Below, piece after piece: positions 40,901 through 54,400 of a stretch of DNA of 64,000 nt. The stretch is taken from NCBI GenBank assembly GCA_016748015.1, contig JAAOMT010000590.1, positions 248,001 through 312,000 on the forward strand, read 5' to 3'. Below the pieces are notes generated by a model that did no database searches, was not told the DNA's origin, and saw nothing but the letters and a program-made list of their open reading frames with translations. Made by a program: the position numbers and the translations under genes. Within the stretch, counting starts at the first letter, position 1. The number at the start of each line of letters is the position of its first letter. Source of the DNA: Geosiphon pyriformis uo1. Its lineage: Eukaryota > Fungi > Glomeromycota.

Positions 40901-42652
40901 TCTTTTCAATTTTTCAGTTATATTGTTAATTAATCCAATAAACTGCTTTTTAGCAAATAAGACTATCACTTTAATATTATGTGGTTTGTCTTTAAAAAAC
41001 AATTTTTCAAACATTTTTTAGGTTGGTGATAGTGTTATTGTTGCTAATATTCTGGGTTTTGATCGTTATATTAGCATAGTAAAATCTTTAAAAAAGTTTA
41101 GCATTGTTTTTGCTAACCAATTTCTGAATTGTTATGAAGTTTGTTTTACATAAAACACATTTTGCAGATAGAAGAAATTTGATTTTAAAGGTTCTATTCT
41201 TGATTGGTTTAGCTCACTTATTATGTTTATTAAGAGTGATAGTCTGGCCAGCCACAGTGTTTTGGCTTCTTATTCCACACTTGTTGGCTGTTTATGTAAC
41301 TTTAAGTTTGCCAAAAAGCATTTGCTAAATAATACAACAAAAAAAATGATTGTTTATATAGATAATTCAATCAAAAATCTTGATTTTGTTGGTGTTTATA
41401 GTAGTATAGCTGCATACTTTTCGGATATTAATGTGAGTATTAGAATTAGGGTGGATGGTTTGCTCTTCTTGACTCTAGTAAAATTACAGGCTATTGTGTT
41501 TACATTAAATTGCATTTCTATATCTAACTCAGTTATATTGTTTATTAATAGTTAAGCATCTTTAGATATTTGTGCTTTGAATATGAAATGTGCTGGTTCC
41601 AACTTTTGTAACAAATACTGAATTGAAAAGGAACACATTTATCTAATTATTATATCAAAAAATTTATTAGTTAATTAGAATAAAGTCAAAGATCATTTTA
41701 ATGTTATTAAAAATAAACACACAGACTTTTTCATTAATACAACCACTATATTTGGTTTTACTATGTCTGTTAGAGTGCCACATCATTTTTTTGCTATTGA
41801 AAATAAACCAATTTCTAAAAATGTGTGCTACTTTATTAAGTAGATATTTAATATTATTAACTTTATTAATTAGAAGTCTAAATGTACTGTTAGTGCTATT
41901 GATTCAATATTTTGCAATCTTTTTAATATGTGTAAAATATTTGCCATATCTTGATAGCCATATTAAGTCTGATTTTACCAGTTCTGCTTTTATGACACTT
42001 AGATCTTACTTTATAAAAGTCATATATTATCACTTGTTTGTGGTCAAAAAAAAGAGACTTTATAATCCTAATTATTCTAGTGTGTTATGCATTTGGTATA
42101 GGCTAATTTAAGACTTTAATTATATGTTTTCATGTATTTATAATGTTTGCACTAGGAAAAATTTAATCTCAGATATTATTCAAAAATAGATTAATTTGTT
42201 AAATGCTTATGCTGCTAATTATAAAATAATCCAATTCTTGTATAAAATAAAATTTTTTGATTGTTTATATACATTATTGGTTAAGAGCTTTGTGTTAAAA
42301 AAATGGGTAGCTAAGATAATGTATTCACTGAGTACTGAATCTAATAGTAATGTGATGATTATTAATCTGGTTAGAAGTTTTGTTAAAAATTACAGAACTG
42401 TCATCTGATTGTCAAATACATAATAGAAAGCACATTATAAAAAGCATGGTTTCTTTGCTTTGTAATGAGTCAGTTGTTTCTTTTGTTTTAGGTTTTTTAT
42501 TCTGTAGACTCTTAAAATAATTTATAACTTTAGTATTAGATTAAATATATATGTGTATTTTGGTTTGTATTCTTTTTTGACTAGTTTGTATTTTGGTTTT
42601 ATGTGAAATTTCCTTGTTATGTGTAATATAAGTATATAATATTGTCTTAATT
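34980..42652 (+). mobile_element. Full-length but heavily mutated LINE L-C (ORF1, EN, RT, RNase H); its 3' UTR continues at 49497-49626 after the L-D insertion
   Basis: 5' UTR matches that of L-D (aaaaaaacttctttc...tcccaaatt...aaagagtc). ORF1 homology 35.1-37.0 kb and ORF2 37.0-42.6 kb (RNase H VYIDNSIKNL ~41.35 kb). Interrupted by a solo LTR at 39850-40799. Confidence 0.9.
39850..40799. repeat. Solo LTR (950 bp, TGTTAC...GTAACA) with 4-bp TSD ATGG
   Basis: ATGG at 39846-39849 and 40800-40803. Inverted 6-bp termini. L-C ORF2 homology resumes after the insert. Confidence 0.92.
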
Positions 42653-42786
42653 TTTTATTATTATTATTATTTAATGAGTGAAGTTCACACACAACCTAGC
42701 ACTATACATCAAAGAAATGATCTAAACTAGGCGTGAATCATGCACTTTCTACACATGACCAGCCACTCGGACCAGTCAGAACAATA

Positions 42787-45700
42787 CTACGCAGCTATAT
42801 AGACAGAAGCTGAATCACCAATGCTGGAAAAAAACATACAAGACTTGCAAAAACCAAAATGCACACCAAAAGCTTTATCAATACCAAGCAAATCAACCAC
42901 ACCAGCAGAAAGCCGTGAAGTCAAACCAGAGACTGAAGTAGGAAACAAACCATCCAAAGGAATCAGTCCGTGCTTTTCCATATAGGCACAGTGTTTGGCC
43001 TAAACCAACCAGATCTCATTTTTAAAAGCAAGGCCAAGAGAACGCGCAAAATTAACAACCTCCAAACATGCCACCTTGGAATTATAGAAGACGGAGACAG
43101 CTTCACCAAATCATTCATCAAAAACAAAACCCTTATGGAGGGCCATGGATACTGAAGACCCTGAAACACAAGACAACAACAATTACAACAAAACTAAAGA
43201 AGAGACAGAAGAACCAGAAAGTGTTTTCCAAGTGTTCATGTGAGAATTCAACAACCAACGTCGAGCAGAATCATCGACCTTACAAGAAAAAACATGATCT
43301 GACATCTCTACATTACCACAATATAGACACAACACACTGGGATAAAGTCTATTATAAAGCTATTTTCGAACAGTCACAGGCAACTGATGATGCAAAGCCT
43401 TCATAAAATAAGAGCACGCATTAGCCAAAATCTTGCTAGTGAAACTGGTGGCCATATGCAAATCAGGATGTCACATCAAAGAAGAGTGGGACCAATTAAC
43501 ATCAGCACACAAATCGACAGGCAAAAATTTAGAACCAGATCCCACCTCCCAACGCACATGACACATGGCACGAAAAGTGTCACAGACGAAGTGCCTTGAA
43601 TTGTCAGAAACAATGTTGCCATCAGCCATCAAAAAGTGTTCATCCAGGCGAGGAGGAAGAAACCAGTCAGAAACAGAAACAGCACCAGCAATTACATTAG
43701 CACGCTCATTTCCCGAAATCCCAGAATGACCTTTGACTTTGTGCCAGTTAACTTTTAGGCCCTTACTGTATATGACATTGGCAATGTGCTAACGCTCAAC
43801 CCAACACCGATTACAGAAATCAGAAACCACCAGACCCAATTCTGATTTGCAAACATCCAAAGCAGACTGACTATCCGAAAATAAATGTACATTACTAAAA
43901 ACAGGAACACATTTGAGAGCCAATGCAATTGCCTGTAACTCAGCCATGATAGATAACATCAACCCAGACACACCAACACCCAAACCCATACCAATGTCCT
44001 CAAAAAAAGCCACAGCACCCGCTTCACAGCCAACTGTACCCAAATTTCTCAATGACCCATCAGTGTAGACTGATAGCACCTTTGCATTGACTTGCGAAAG
44101 ACAATCACAGACAGACACAAAACCAGAAGAACCCAGAATGTTCAAGGGACCAATATTAGCAAGAAGAGGGATGTGGGCAGGAGAGAAATTCTCACCAGCA
44201 AGAAACACAACATAAAGTCTGAACCACTCAGGAATAGGGCCACAGGGGTCCAGTTTCTTCCATTACTTAAATGTGGACCAATCAAAGACAGTACTATAAC
44301 AATCATGAAGTTGGTTTACAAAGGCCACACCATATTGCCAAAGCGAAGGGAGACACCTAGAGAAAACTGATTCACCCAAAACAGTCAACATGGGCATCCT
44401 ACTATTGGCACAAAAAGAATTGGAAAAGAATCCACCCAAGAACAATTTGCAATTATAAAGCACGCAAACCAAACCCACCAAAAAATTATTAGAGGCGCTA
44501 ACATGAATGTGAACAGAAGAACTCAACAGATAAATAGGGTGCCAACATAAAACCTGCAGGTCATGAGACTTATAAGAGAACAAATGTCCCACAATCCCAC
44601 CAGAGTTGGCAAAATTAATAAGAGAAGCAACTTTGCCTTCAGACTGAATTTGCAGGAAAGATCTTAAACCATAAAATGAGGGGTGGTGAATCGAATCACT
44701 AAGAAAATCGAGCGGAAGTCCAGATTTAAGCTTCAGACTCTTACAAATCATAGCATCCCACTTGTTGCAAATGCCTATAAGAACAAAGCTAAATTGTGTC
44801 CTGTAGCTAATTATAGGTTGGAGAACTGCTAAAACCAAATATAAGAACTGCTTATTTGAGATAGCCTTTTTAAGAACCAAATTTGTAAAGAAACAAATGT
44901 CTGAATATGCCTTAGCTAAACTGAGTTTGGAAAGGTCTTCAGTTGACAGAAATATGCCCAGATACCAATGGGATTCACCCTTTTTGGCAACAGAGATAGG
45001 TAAACCACTAATGAAAAAAGCGGGATTTTCAACTTTACAATTGATAGGAATAGCTACTGTCTTGTCATTGTTTATTGAGATGTCATTAATCCGAAAAAAC
45101 TTGCTAGCAATGTCCAAAATGTGTTGAGTTGTACTCTGACTACTGCCAATCCAAATTGTATCATCAACAAAAGCACCAGTGGCAAAATAAGAAGAAAGCC
45201 CAGCTTGCGATTCAACACGACCACTCTTGGAAACAAAATGAGAAATTAGCCTATACCCACAGACACTCTTCTGATGCTTGACTTTGCACAAAAGAGGATC
45301 ATAAAAAATGCACCACAAGAGGGGGGAAAAAACCTCTTCCTGATCTAAACCATCATGAACACGATAACCATCTGTCAAACCAAAATCTATCATGACTCGA
45401 TTAGTGCAACCTCTGTAAATGCCACCAAAAAACCGAATAAACTTGTTATACATTTTAATTCTGACCAAACACTTCTCCAAATGCTCCCAGCCAACTGAAT
45501 CATACGCCTTCCTTATATCCTGCAAGACCAGTCAAAGCTCTCTGTTCTTTTCCAGGACATCTTCAACAACTGAACCAACTGCAAAAATAGGAGACTGTGT
45601 TATCGTACCTTTCAAAACCAAAAAATTGTCACCACAAAGGACATCATGGGTACTGCATGCTGAAAAAATCCTGTCTAAGAGTATTTTGGAGAGAATCTTG

Positions 45701-47475
45701 CAAGCTGTCTCAATCAGTGCAATAAGATGAGTATTTGTAAGAACACCCTCTCATTCATATGGTTTGAGAATCATCGAAACTCAAGCTTCTCTCCAAGGGC
45801 CAGGGACAAATTCCTCAGACAGGCAAGAGTTCAAAAGCACCAAGAGCATATTAAGGACTGAAATATCGCAATGTTTCTAAAGCTTATTTGAGATACCCAA
45901 AAAGCCAGCAGCTTTGCCATCCGGCAGGTTGGAAACAATCCCAAACAATTCGTCGAAGTCGATCAAACCCATTACACCAGAAAAAGCTTTGTCAAAAACA
46001 TAACCCAAAGGACAATACTGGCGAGACCACTCATCATTAACGTTGAGCACCACCCTTCACTTTCTAGTCCAGTCTTCCATAATCTCATCTACCTTAGACT
46101 TCACAGGAGCAGGATCCAACACCATCTCATCCCCCACCACCAAATGATCTAAAACCACCTTGTAGAAGAGTCATTCCAAAACACTACGTACAGTATGACC
46201 TTTGTTCAACTCAAAACTCTCCATTTTTTTGTCAATTGCTGACTTGATCTGAGATTCTTTGGCATGGTTTGATTCTGACAACTTAGATGAATGGTAAGAT
46301 TTCCTTATCTTGGCCAAAGCTAAACAAATAGTATCAAAATGAGAACCTGAAAGAAAGAGAGACTCCACAACAGAAGCATTAACAGTATCAATTCCCTTCC
46401 ATGTGTCAAGTAGAGAAACAAATTCCTCATGAGAGACCAGACAAAAGGCTTTGACAATTTTTGACACCAAAAGTTCTAATTTGTGAAATCTGGATAATAC
46501 TTTATTATAGACATTATCAAAACTCTTAAACCATTTTTTTTTGAAAACGTTCTCAGCCAACAAACACACCACTTGGCGAAGATGACTCCACATTGTGTCC
46601 AGGTCCAAACATATCTTGGCAGCATAAAATTCATCATGGAACATGGCAGCATTCGCCAAAGTATCTTCTTTAAACTTGATCCAATCAGCATCACCAGCAT
46701 TCACAAAATTGTACTTTCAGCAATCCTTATTTGCCCGATTGCGCAATGAGTTCAACTGCACATTCAGCAAACCACCAAGACCCACGGAGACAGAAACAGC
46801 TTTATGATCAGTGTCAAAATACTCTTCGACACCAGATACATCATGACCCAAAATTGCATTAACAAAACTTGACAACACAAACACATAATCAATAATTTTA
46901 GCCACTCCACAAGAATTGTTCCATGTAGCTTTCCTTCCAAACATGCTTCCACTCAAAGAGTTGACCAAACCCAAATCAAAGCATTTTTTTAAGCTGGCAC
47001 TTTTGTGAGAACTATCTTCATTGAAGTTACCACCCAAAATAATGAAAGAAGACTCATTTACTGCCCTTGCGATCAAAGAATTGATATCATCCGCCTAAGA
47101 GAAACGTACTGCCAAAGATGATCCAGCATATAGCCCCAAAATTGACACAGACAGCTTATTTTTGAAGAGAAGCTTAATAGAGAGAAACCAGCCAGGAATG
47201 TCTAACATCTTACACACATGCCAAGCCAAGAAATTGTTTATAATGATTGCGACCCCAGAATCCATGTGACCAGAACTCAAACCAAAAGTAAAAACCTGGA
47301 CGCCAACAAACTTGTTCATAATCCAAGGGCAAATTCTATCTTTCAACTTAGTCTTAGTAACAATTGAAATCATATTGTTCATTTCTTTATGCCAACAAAT
47401 AATATCTTCCTGTTTTGCAGGATTGTTCATACCCCTAACATTGCACGTGGCAATTTTCCAAATATAACTGGTCAT
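42787..47475 (-). pseudogene. LINE ORF2 (APE endonuclease, RT, RNase H, C-terminal Cys/His region) with several nonsense transitions
   Basis: WKIATCNVRG, GGNFNE, IIDYVF, TDHKAV (EN); QDIRKAYDSV, GLDQEEVFSPLLW, AFVDDT, YLGIF (RT); VYTDGS, AELQAI, FSDSQS, KVKGHSGISGNERANV (RNase H). Confidence 0.92.
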
Positions 47476-49262
47476 TGAGATGAGGAGAGGACCAGAAAAC
47501 CCGAACCAGCACACATCTGCTCTAACTTTGCCAAAATCGAACCAATGGAGGCATCGAAAGCAACCAACTTTGATTCTAAAACACCAATTTTAGAAGTCAG
47601 CACCTTGGAACTGCTATGACCCAATTGAAAATTATCATCACCAGAAGAGAAAGAAATAGGTTGAGTCAAAGGAACGTCTAACACCATGTTGGAATCCAAG
47701 TCAGAGTTAGCCACCATGAGAGAACCAGAGACAGACAGTTGAGGAGTATCCACCAGAGGAATCATATTAGAAGGAGGAGCTAAAGACACCAAACTGAGAT
47801 TGTCAAAACAAAGAAGAATGTTCGAAATTTGATCAGATAAAAGCTCTACAGAGTGTTCCAGATGTGCCAAACGTGCACCCAAGGGGGCATCAACCATAGA
47901 GGGAGGGGGAGGGGTATTATCAGAACTCGAAGCACCAAAGAACAGAGAACCAGAACCAGAGCCATTAAAAGAAACATGAGAGACCGAAGCAACTGAGACC
48001 ACTTGGGCCCAGGATTTGCCTCCAAAAGCAACAGGACGAGAGATCAGAACCTTTTTTTTAGCATATAATTTGGCCAACTGGAGACGAGTATCCAAGTTAG
48101 TAGGCTTTTTAAATAATTTGGGTGACTGAGAATCTGATGCAATCTCAGCATCACATTCCAAGACAGAATAACCAAACTTCCCACACTGTTCACAGCAAAC
48201 CAAATCCAACCTAGCCCATGAGAGTTTCACTCCACCCAAAATTGGCTCTATGTGAAAGGCTGATTCCATAGCTTCATCAGATTCAAAACATACCACAGCA
48301 CAGCGTGTTCTGTTGCCAGTCTCCAATGAACAATTAATGACACAAGTTTTCCCACCAGCCCCTTCCAAAAGATTCTCAAGATCATGAGCTGTCATTCCCA
48401 CTGGCAAAGTGAACAGAAGCGCCCTGAATTGATCCCTAAAAGCCCATATCTTACGATCTCCCACAGCCTTGGCCACATGCACAGAATCTTTCCCAATTAA
48501 GAAAGACCATTTTGATGCCAACAGATCAGCCTGGCTAGATTTGGCAAACTCCACCACAGTCTTCTGCCACAGCCCAATTAACTGAACTTTGATAGACACT
48601 ATCTGACCATACTCGGATACTGCAACAATGATCATTTCCTTTGGCGTATCCATGGGAATTTCCTTGATTACTATGGCCCAATCTGAGCAAATTCCTTGTC
48701 TCTTAAGATCACTGTTTACTATGATGTTATTTTCCTTGGCCAATGATGTGGCCTTTTCCATGCTCTTTGATGAAGTAAACATCAATCTGATGATCTCTTC
48801 AAATTTTGAGGGGGTAGTGGTCCCCCCAAAACCATTGATTTTTGAAAACAATTTTCTGATTAATTGAGTTTTTACAGTCGCCGATTTGCCTTCCACAGCT
48901 AAAAGATTAATATCTAATGCAAAGGATTTCCTAACAGCAACTTCCACTTGAGATTTAACAATCTTGGGATCCAACCACATTTTTTCTAAAGGAATACCAA
49001 GAGGAGGGGGGAGAGGACCACCATCATTATCATTCATGTTGTAATCTAATGAACCAAGAGAGGAGCCGCAGTCCAAATTATTCTTAACTCTCTTTGTCTT
49101 AGGAGTTGTTGCAGCTGAGCCAAGAAGAGAATCATCATTACCACCAGTTAAGATGCCACCAGCAACACTGTTACCAGAATCACTTTTCATATCCGAGTAT
49201 TGACTCCTACCAGAAATAGGTTTGGCCAAAGCAGCTTTGTTTCTATCACCAGACTGATTCAT
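47472..49262 (-). CDS. LINE ORF1 protein (RRM-like domains, CCHC knuckle remnant CEQCGKFGYSVLEC, C-terminal coiled coil); original start probably 49348
   Basis: 596-aa open frame, homologous to the ORF1s at 35.1-37.0 kb and 51.4-53.36 kb. Upstream MSNKKAPVG... is cut by a CAA>TAA stop. Confidence 0.85.
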   Translation of the reverse strand: MNQSGDRNKAALAKPISGRSQYSDMKSDSGNSVAGGILTGGNDDSLLGSAATTPKTKRVKNNLDCGSSLGSLDYNMNDNDGGPLPPPLGIPLEKMWLDPKIVKSQVEVAVRKSFALDINLLAVEGKSATVKTQLIRKLFSKINGFGGTTTPSKFEEIIRLMFTSSKSMEKATSLAKENNIIVNSDLKRQGICSDWAIVIKEIPMDTPKEMIIVAVSEYGQIVSIKVQLIGLWQKTVVEFAKSSQADLLASKWSFLIGKDSVHVAKAVGDRKIWAFRDQFRALLFTLPVGMTAHDLENLLEGAGGKTCVINCSLETGNRTRCAVVCFESDEAMESAFHIEPILGGVKLSWARLDLVCCEQCGKFGYSVLECDAEIASDSQSPKLFKKPTNLDTRLQLAKLYAKKKVLISRPVAFGGKSWAQVVSVASVSHVSFNGSGSGSLFFGASSSDNTPPPPSMVDAPLGARLAHLEHSVELLSDQISNILLCFDNLSLVSLAPPSNMIPLVDTPQLSVSGSLMVANSDLDSNMVLDVPLTQPISFSSGDDNFQLGHSSSKVLTSKIGVLESKLVAFDASIGSILAKLEQMCAGSGFLVLSSSQ

Positions 49263-49496
49263 ATAGTGAAGGGAAATTTTTTTTTTTAAGAGGAGGGACC
49301 ACCAACAGAACCAAAAGAAGCACCAACAGGAGCTTTCTTATTCGACATATTACTGCCAGAAGCAGCTTCCGAGTCCACAATAAAAAGATTATTTGTAAGA
49401 GAAATGTTGAGGTACAGCAAGTGAAAAACAAAAAACTACTTTCAAAATATGACTCTTTTTCAGGAATTTGGGACGAAGAAAAGAAAGAGTTTTTTT

Positions 49497-49626
49497 TTGT
49501 CTTAATTGACACAAGTTGCTGGTCATGTATAAAAAAGACATAAATTATACTTAATTTAGAATCTTTTTTGATTGTATATTATTAGGTAGTAATTAGACTG
49601 TACTTATTAAACTTCATAAAAAAAAA
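49497..49626 (+). repeat. Displaced 3' UTR and poly(A) tail of LINE L-C
   Basis: Follows the second TSD copy and matches the 3'-UTR motifs at 22140-22270, 42670-42785 (rc) and 60820-60960. Confidence 0.85.
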
Positions 49627-50433
49627 GATTATTAAAATAATAAAAAATAATAATAATAATAAAAATAAATTAAATATATATAAATTAAATATATATAATT
49701 AATTTTATAAAAATTACAGTCATTAATCTTTTTAAAAAATTTAAAGATAAAAAATAGTTTATTATTAATAATTAATATAATTAATATTATTTTATGTTTT
49801 ATTTAGCAATTTTTAGAATTAATAACAAATATTATTATGTTTTTTAATTATATTTTTATTTAATAAATTATAAAAACAAGCAAATAATTTTTTAAATTAA
49901 TTTTAATAATACAAATTAAAAAAAAATAAAATATATATATATATATAATATTAAATATTTATTTATTGTATTTAAAATATAAATTATATGTTTTAAAAGC
50001 TAAAAAATTTATTGTTTGTATATTTACTAAAAAAAATTAATAATTACATTAATAATTAAATTAATAATTATTATTTAAAAATAAAATGACTAATATATAT
50101 GTTATTAATAAAAATTATGATTTTTAATTTAATAAATAATATAAATTTTTTAAAATTTTAAAATTTTAAATATTTAAACCAAAATAATTAGACCAAAATA
50201 TTTTATATTTTATATTTTATAATAATTTTAGTTTTAATTTTAAAATTATATGTAAAAAAATAAAAACTTTTTTCTCTTATTAATCCTTTGATCATGACAA
50301 GAGCAATAATAATTTCTTTGGAGATATTGCTTTGCTTTTTTTTTCTCTCTTTTTTCTTTAGTCTACTTAAATCATTTCTTTCATATCGCCTTTTTTCTTA
50401 GTAAATGATCCAGNNNNNNNNNNNNNNNNNNNN

Positions 50434-51403
50434 AAAATATGACTCTTTTTCAGGAATTTGGGACGAAGAAAAGAAAGAGTTTTTTTTTGTCTTAATTGAC
50501 ACAAGTTGCTGGTCATGTATAAAAAAGACATAAATTATACTTAATTTAGAATCTTTTTTGATTGTATATTATTAGGTAGTAATTAGACTGTACTTATTAA
50601 ACTTCATAAAAAAAAAGATTATTAAAATAATAAAAAATAATAATAATAATAAAAATAAATTAAATATATATAAATTAAATATATATAATTAATTTTATAA
50701 AAATTACAGTCATTAATCTTTTTAAAAAATTTAAAGATAAAAAATAGTTTATTATTAATAATTAATATAATTAATATTATTTTATGTTTTATTTAGCAAT
50801 TTTTAGAATTAATAACAAATATTATTATGTTTTTTAATTATATTTTTATTTAATAAATTATAAAAACAAGCAAATAATTTTTTAAATTAATTTTAATAAT
50901 ACAAATTAAAAAAAAATAAAATATATATATATATATAATATTAAATATTTATTTATTGTATTTAAAATATAAATTATATGTTTTAAAAGCTAAAAAATTT
51001 ATTGTTTGTATATTTACTAAAAAAAATTAATAATTACATTAATAATTAAATTAATAATTATTATTTAAAAATAAAATGACTAATATATATGTTATTAATA
51101 AAAATTATGATTTTTAATTTAATAAATAATATAAATTTTTTAAAATTTTAAAATTTTAAATATTTAAACCAAAATAATTAGACCAAAATATTTTATATTT
51201 TATATTTTATAATAATTTTAGTTTTAATTTTAAAATTATATGTAAAAAAATAAAAACTTTTTTCTCTTATTAATCCTTTGATCATGACAAGAGCAATAAT
51301 AATTTCTTTGGAGATATTGCTTTGCTTTTTTTTTCTCTCTTTTTTCTTTAGTCTACTTAAATCATTTCTTTCATATCGCCTTTTTTCTTAGTAAATGATC
51401 CAG
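50434..51403 (+). repeat. Exact 970-bp duplicate of 49444-50413 across a 20-N gap (probable assembly overlap artefact)
   Basis: Identical sequence at offset 990 on either side of the Ns at 50414-50433, in a genome where real repeats are heavily mutated. Confidence 0.88.
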
Positions 51404-54400
51404 TGGGCTTGTCTGCTGGTGGTTTTGGTTTGATTTTGGCTGGATTGGGGTTCTGGATTAGTAATAACAATAAGAAAAAAGCATGTGTTGAAAGTATATA
51501 CTTTCACAATCCCTTATTTAAGAAAATGAAAAAACCTGGAGCTTCTAATATCATGGTTAACTCATTGGCTGGATCTCTGTTTATTGACATGTTATAAGCC
51601 AATGGTGATGAGCATGCTAAATCTTGGGTAGTGAAATGGACAGTGAAGAAAACAGTATAAGTAAAGTGTCGGATGTAAAGGACATAAAGAACACAGTTGC
51701 CAAAGAAATAAGCTATGTTAACTCTAACACTTCTGAAACAGACAACATGGTGGATGACACTACTCCAAAGATGATGTGTACTAGAACTTATGTCTTGGGA
51801 AAACTGCCAAAGGGGTCTTCATTCGATGTCTTGAATGATGATGGTGCTGAATTGGTGCTCCTGGCACCTAAATTTATTGGTTTCAAAAAGTTGTTATTAG
51901 TTGATTTACATGTTGGGAACATTCAGAATTTTGACTTAAAAAAATTTTTTGCATTGAATGTTGAACTTTCTGCAGTGCCTGGCAAAACCTCTGGTAATAA
52001 GTTGTTATGTCTTAAAAAAATTTTTTATTGAATTGATGGTTTTGGGGGAGCTTTCACTTCCTCAAAATTTTCTGGAATTATCAGATCATCTTTTACTTTG
52101 GAAGCTAATTTAAAAAAGGCAAGAGATCTGACTGTTAGTGAGAAAATTTTGGTCAATGATGAGGTAAAAAAAGTAAACAGCCATTTAAATTGGGAAGTAA
52201 TAGTCAAAAAGATCCCAGTAGATCTTCTTAAATCAGCAGTTATAACAGTTTTTTCTAAATTTGGCAAGATTGTATTAGTAAGAATACAGTTAATTGGTCT
52301 CTGGCAGAAAGCCTGGATGGAGTTTAAGTCATCAAATATGGCTAGCATGGTTGCTGCCAAATGGTTAGTTCTTATAAGAAAAAATTCAGTAAGAGTGGTA
52401 TTGGCTGTTGGTGATAAACAAATGTGGGTATTTAGAGATCATTATAGAGCTCTGCTTTATACTTTACCAATTGGTACTATTACACATAATTTATCTGAGC
52501 TGTTAGCTTTTTATGGTGGAAAAACATGTTTTATTGGCTGCAATCCAGTTTTGTATGCTCGTAACAGATGTGCAATAGTTTGTTTTGATAGTAAAAAATT
52601 GAGAAATAATGCTATTAGTTCTCTGCCAGTTTTTAGGAGTGTGAATTTGAGATGAGCTGGTCTTTCTCTGGCTTGCTGTGCTAAGTGTGACCAATTTGAT
52701 TATGTTTTTGATGATTGTTCTGTGAGTGAAAATTCTGGTGCTTATAGGAAATAGATAGTGACCTTTCAAAATTGAATCTATTTGACCAGTATATATAGAA
52801 AAAAGCAGGCATCTATTGCTCATCCAGTTTCTTTTGGTAGTAAAACTTGGGCACAGGTTGCCAACAGCTCTCCTTCTTGTGTTGTTTCTTCATCTTTATT
52901 AAATGCAGAAGCAGTTTTGGGTGTGGAAACCCTTTACACAGCTTTTGTCTTTTTTGATGTTTCTGGTTTTAATGATTATTTGACTTTTTTGGAGCACTCT
53001 TTGAAGCTTATGACAGACCAGGTTTCTGGCATCTTGAAAAATTTGAACTTTGTTGATTCAATGCTCCTGTCTTCTGTTTCTCATGTGTTCTTTTCGATTG
53101 CTTTTGCTTCTCCAGTGTTGGATTTGGTTTCAGATATGGCTTTGAATAATGTGTTGGTGCTGCCCACTTCTTCTTTTCTTGGTGTTGGCATTATATTCTC
53201 TGATTTCAGCCCCAGCAGTTTGAAGATTTTGACCACCAAAGTGTATAATTTGGAGTCAAAAATGGTGGCTTTGGAGGTGTCAATCTGTTTGGTACTGGCT
53301 AGATTGAATTCTTTGGGCTTTGGTTTGGGTTTTATGTCTCTCTTTTCTTCCCAATGAGTGGTATAGTTTGGAAATTTGCTACATACAACATTTGAGGTAT
53401 TAATGTACCTGCTAAGCAAAAGGATGTTGTTCAATAGCACTTGAGCTTGGATAATATGGTGTTTTTTGTTACAGAAACTAAGTTACATTCTGGTGTTAAA
53501 CCTTGAATTGCCAATAAGTTTGATAGTGTGTGAATATTCACATCTGGTATGGAAAAAAGTTATTATAGTGCTGGTGTGGCTGTTATTGTAAATAATTTCT
53601 TGGCTTGTCACATTTCTAAAGTGAAAAAGGTTCCAAAAATAATTATTTTAGTGTGACTTTTATTTAAAAACAAGCTTTTAGTCACTGTCTTGGGTTGTAT
53701 GCTGATGCTTTAGCTGGAGTTAGATTTGATCAGACTTCAGAGGTAAACTCTCTTATTACTAAAACCATCAACTCTAGTACTTTCATGGTATTGGGTGGAG
53801 ATTTTAATGAAAATGGATTTGGGAAAAATGCAAGTTTTAAACTTTGTTTGAATTTGGGTTTGATCAATTCTTTTGCAGGCCATTTTTTGGCCAAAACTGC
53901 TACATAGAACAATTCAAGAAGGATTGAGAGAACTATTGACTACATTTTTGTTAGTAGAAACTTGGCTTCAGCAGTTGTGTATTATGTGATTGGCTTTGTT
54001 TCTGGTTTTTTTGATACTGATCACAAGACTGTCATCATGTCTATTGGTTTGGATGGTTTCTTAGATGGCCATTTAAATAGCTTGCACAAACAAGCAAATA
54101 AAGATTATTGGAAGTTCAATATTAAGGATGCAGATAGTACTAAGTGGGCTAAGTTTAAGGATTGTGTGGCTTCTAAGCTATTATTGGCAGAGGACAAACT
54201 TTCTGATGCTGAGGCATATGGCAAAATGGATGCTATATGGGTTATTCTGAAAAAGGTAATGATAAAATTGGCTGATGAGATATTTTCAAGGCACTGGTTC
54301 AGTAAGTTTCAGTGTTCAAGGAACAGACATTCTTCCAGGTTTTTTGGATTGGAAATGTTGGCTGCCAAAATTGTTAAGAAATTTAATTTTGATGATGCTA

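Larger units (their letters stand above)
42653..49496 (-). mobile_element. Near-intact full-length LINE L-D (~6.85 kb), inserted antisense into the 3' UTR of L-C, with 11-bp TSD TTGTCTTAATT
   Basis: TSD at 42642-42652 and 49497-49507. (TAA)n/A tail at 42653-42672. ORF1 and ORF2 are long, with few stops. Confidence 0.95.

Noticed and set aside
49444-51403. 970-bp perfect tandem duplication
   Set aside because: The copies are identical and flank a 20-N gap, typical of unmerged contig overlap rather than a biological duplication.
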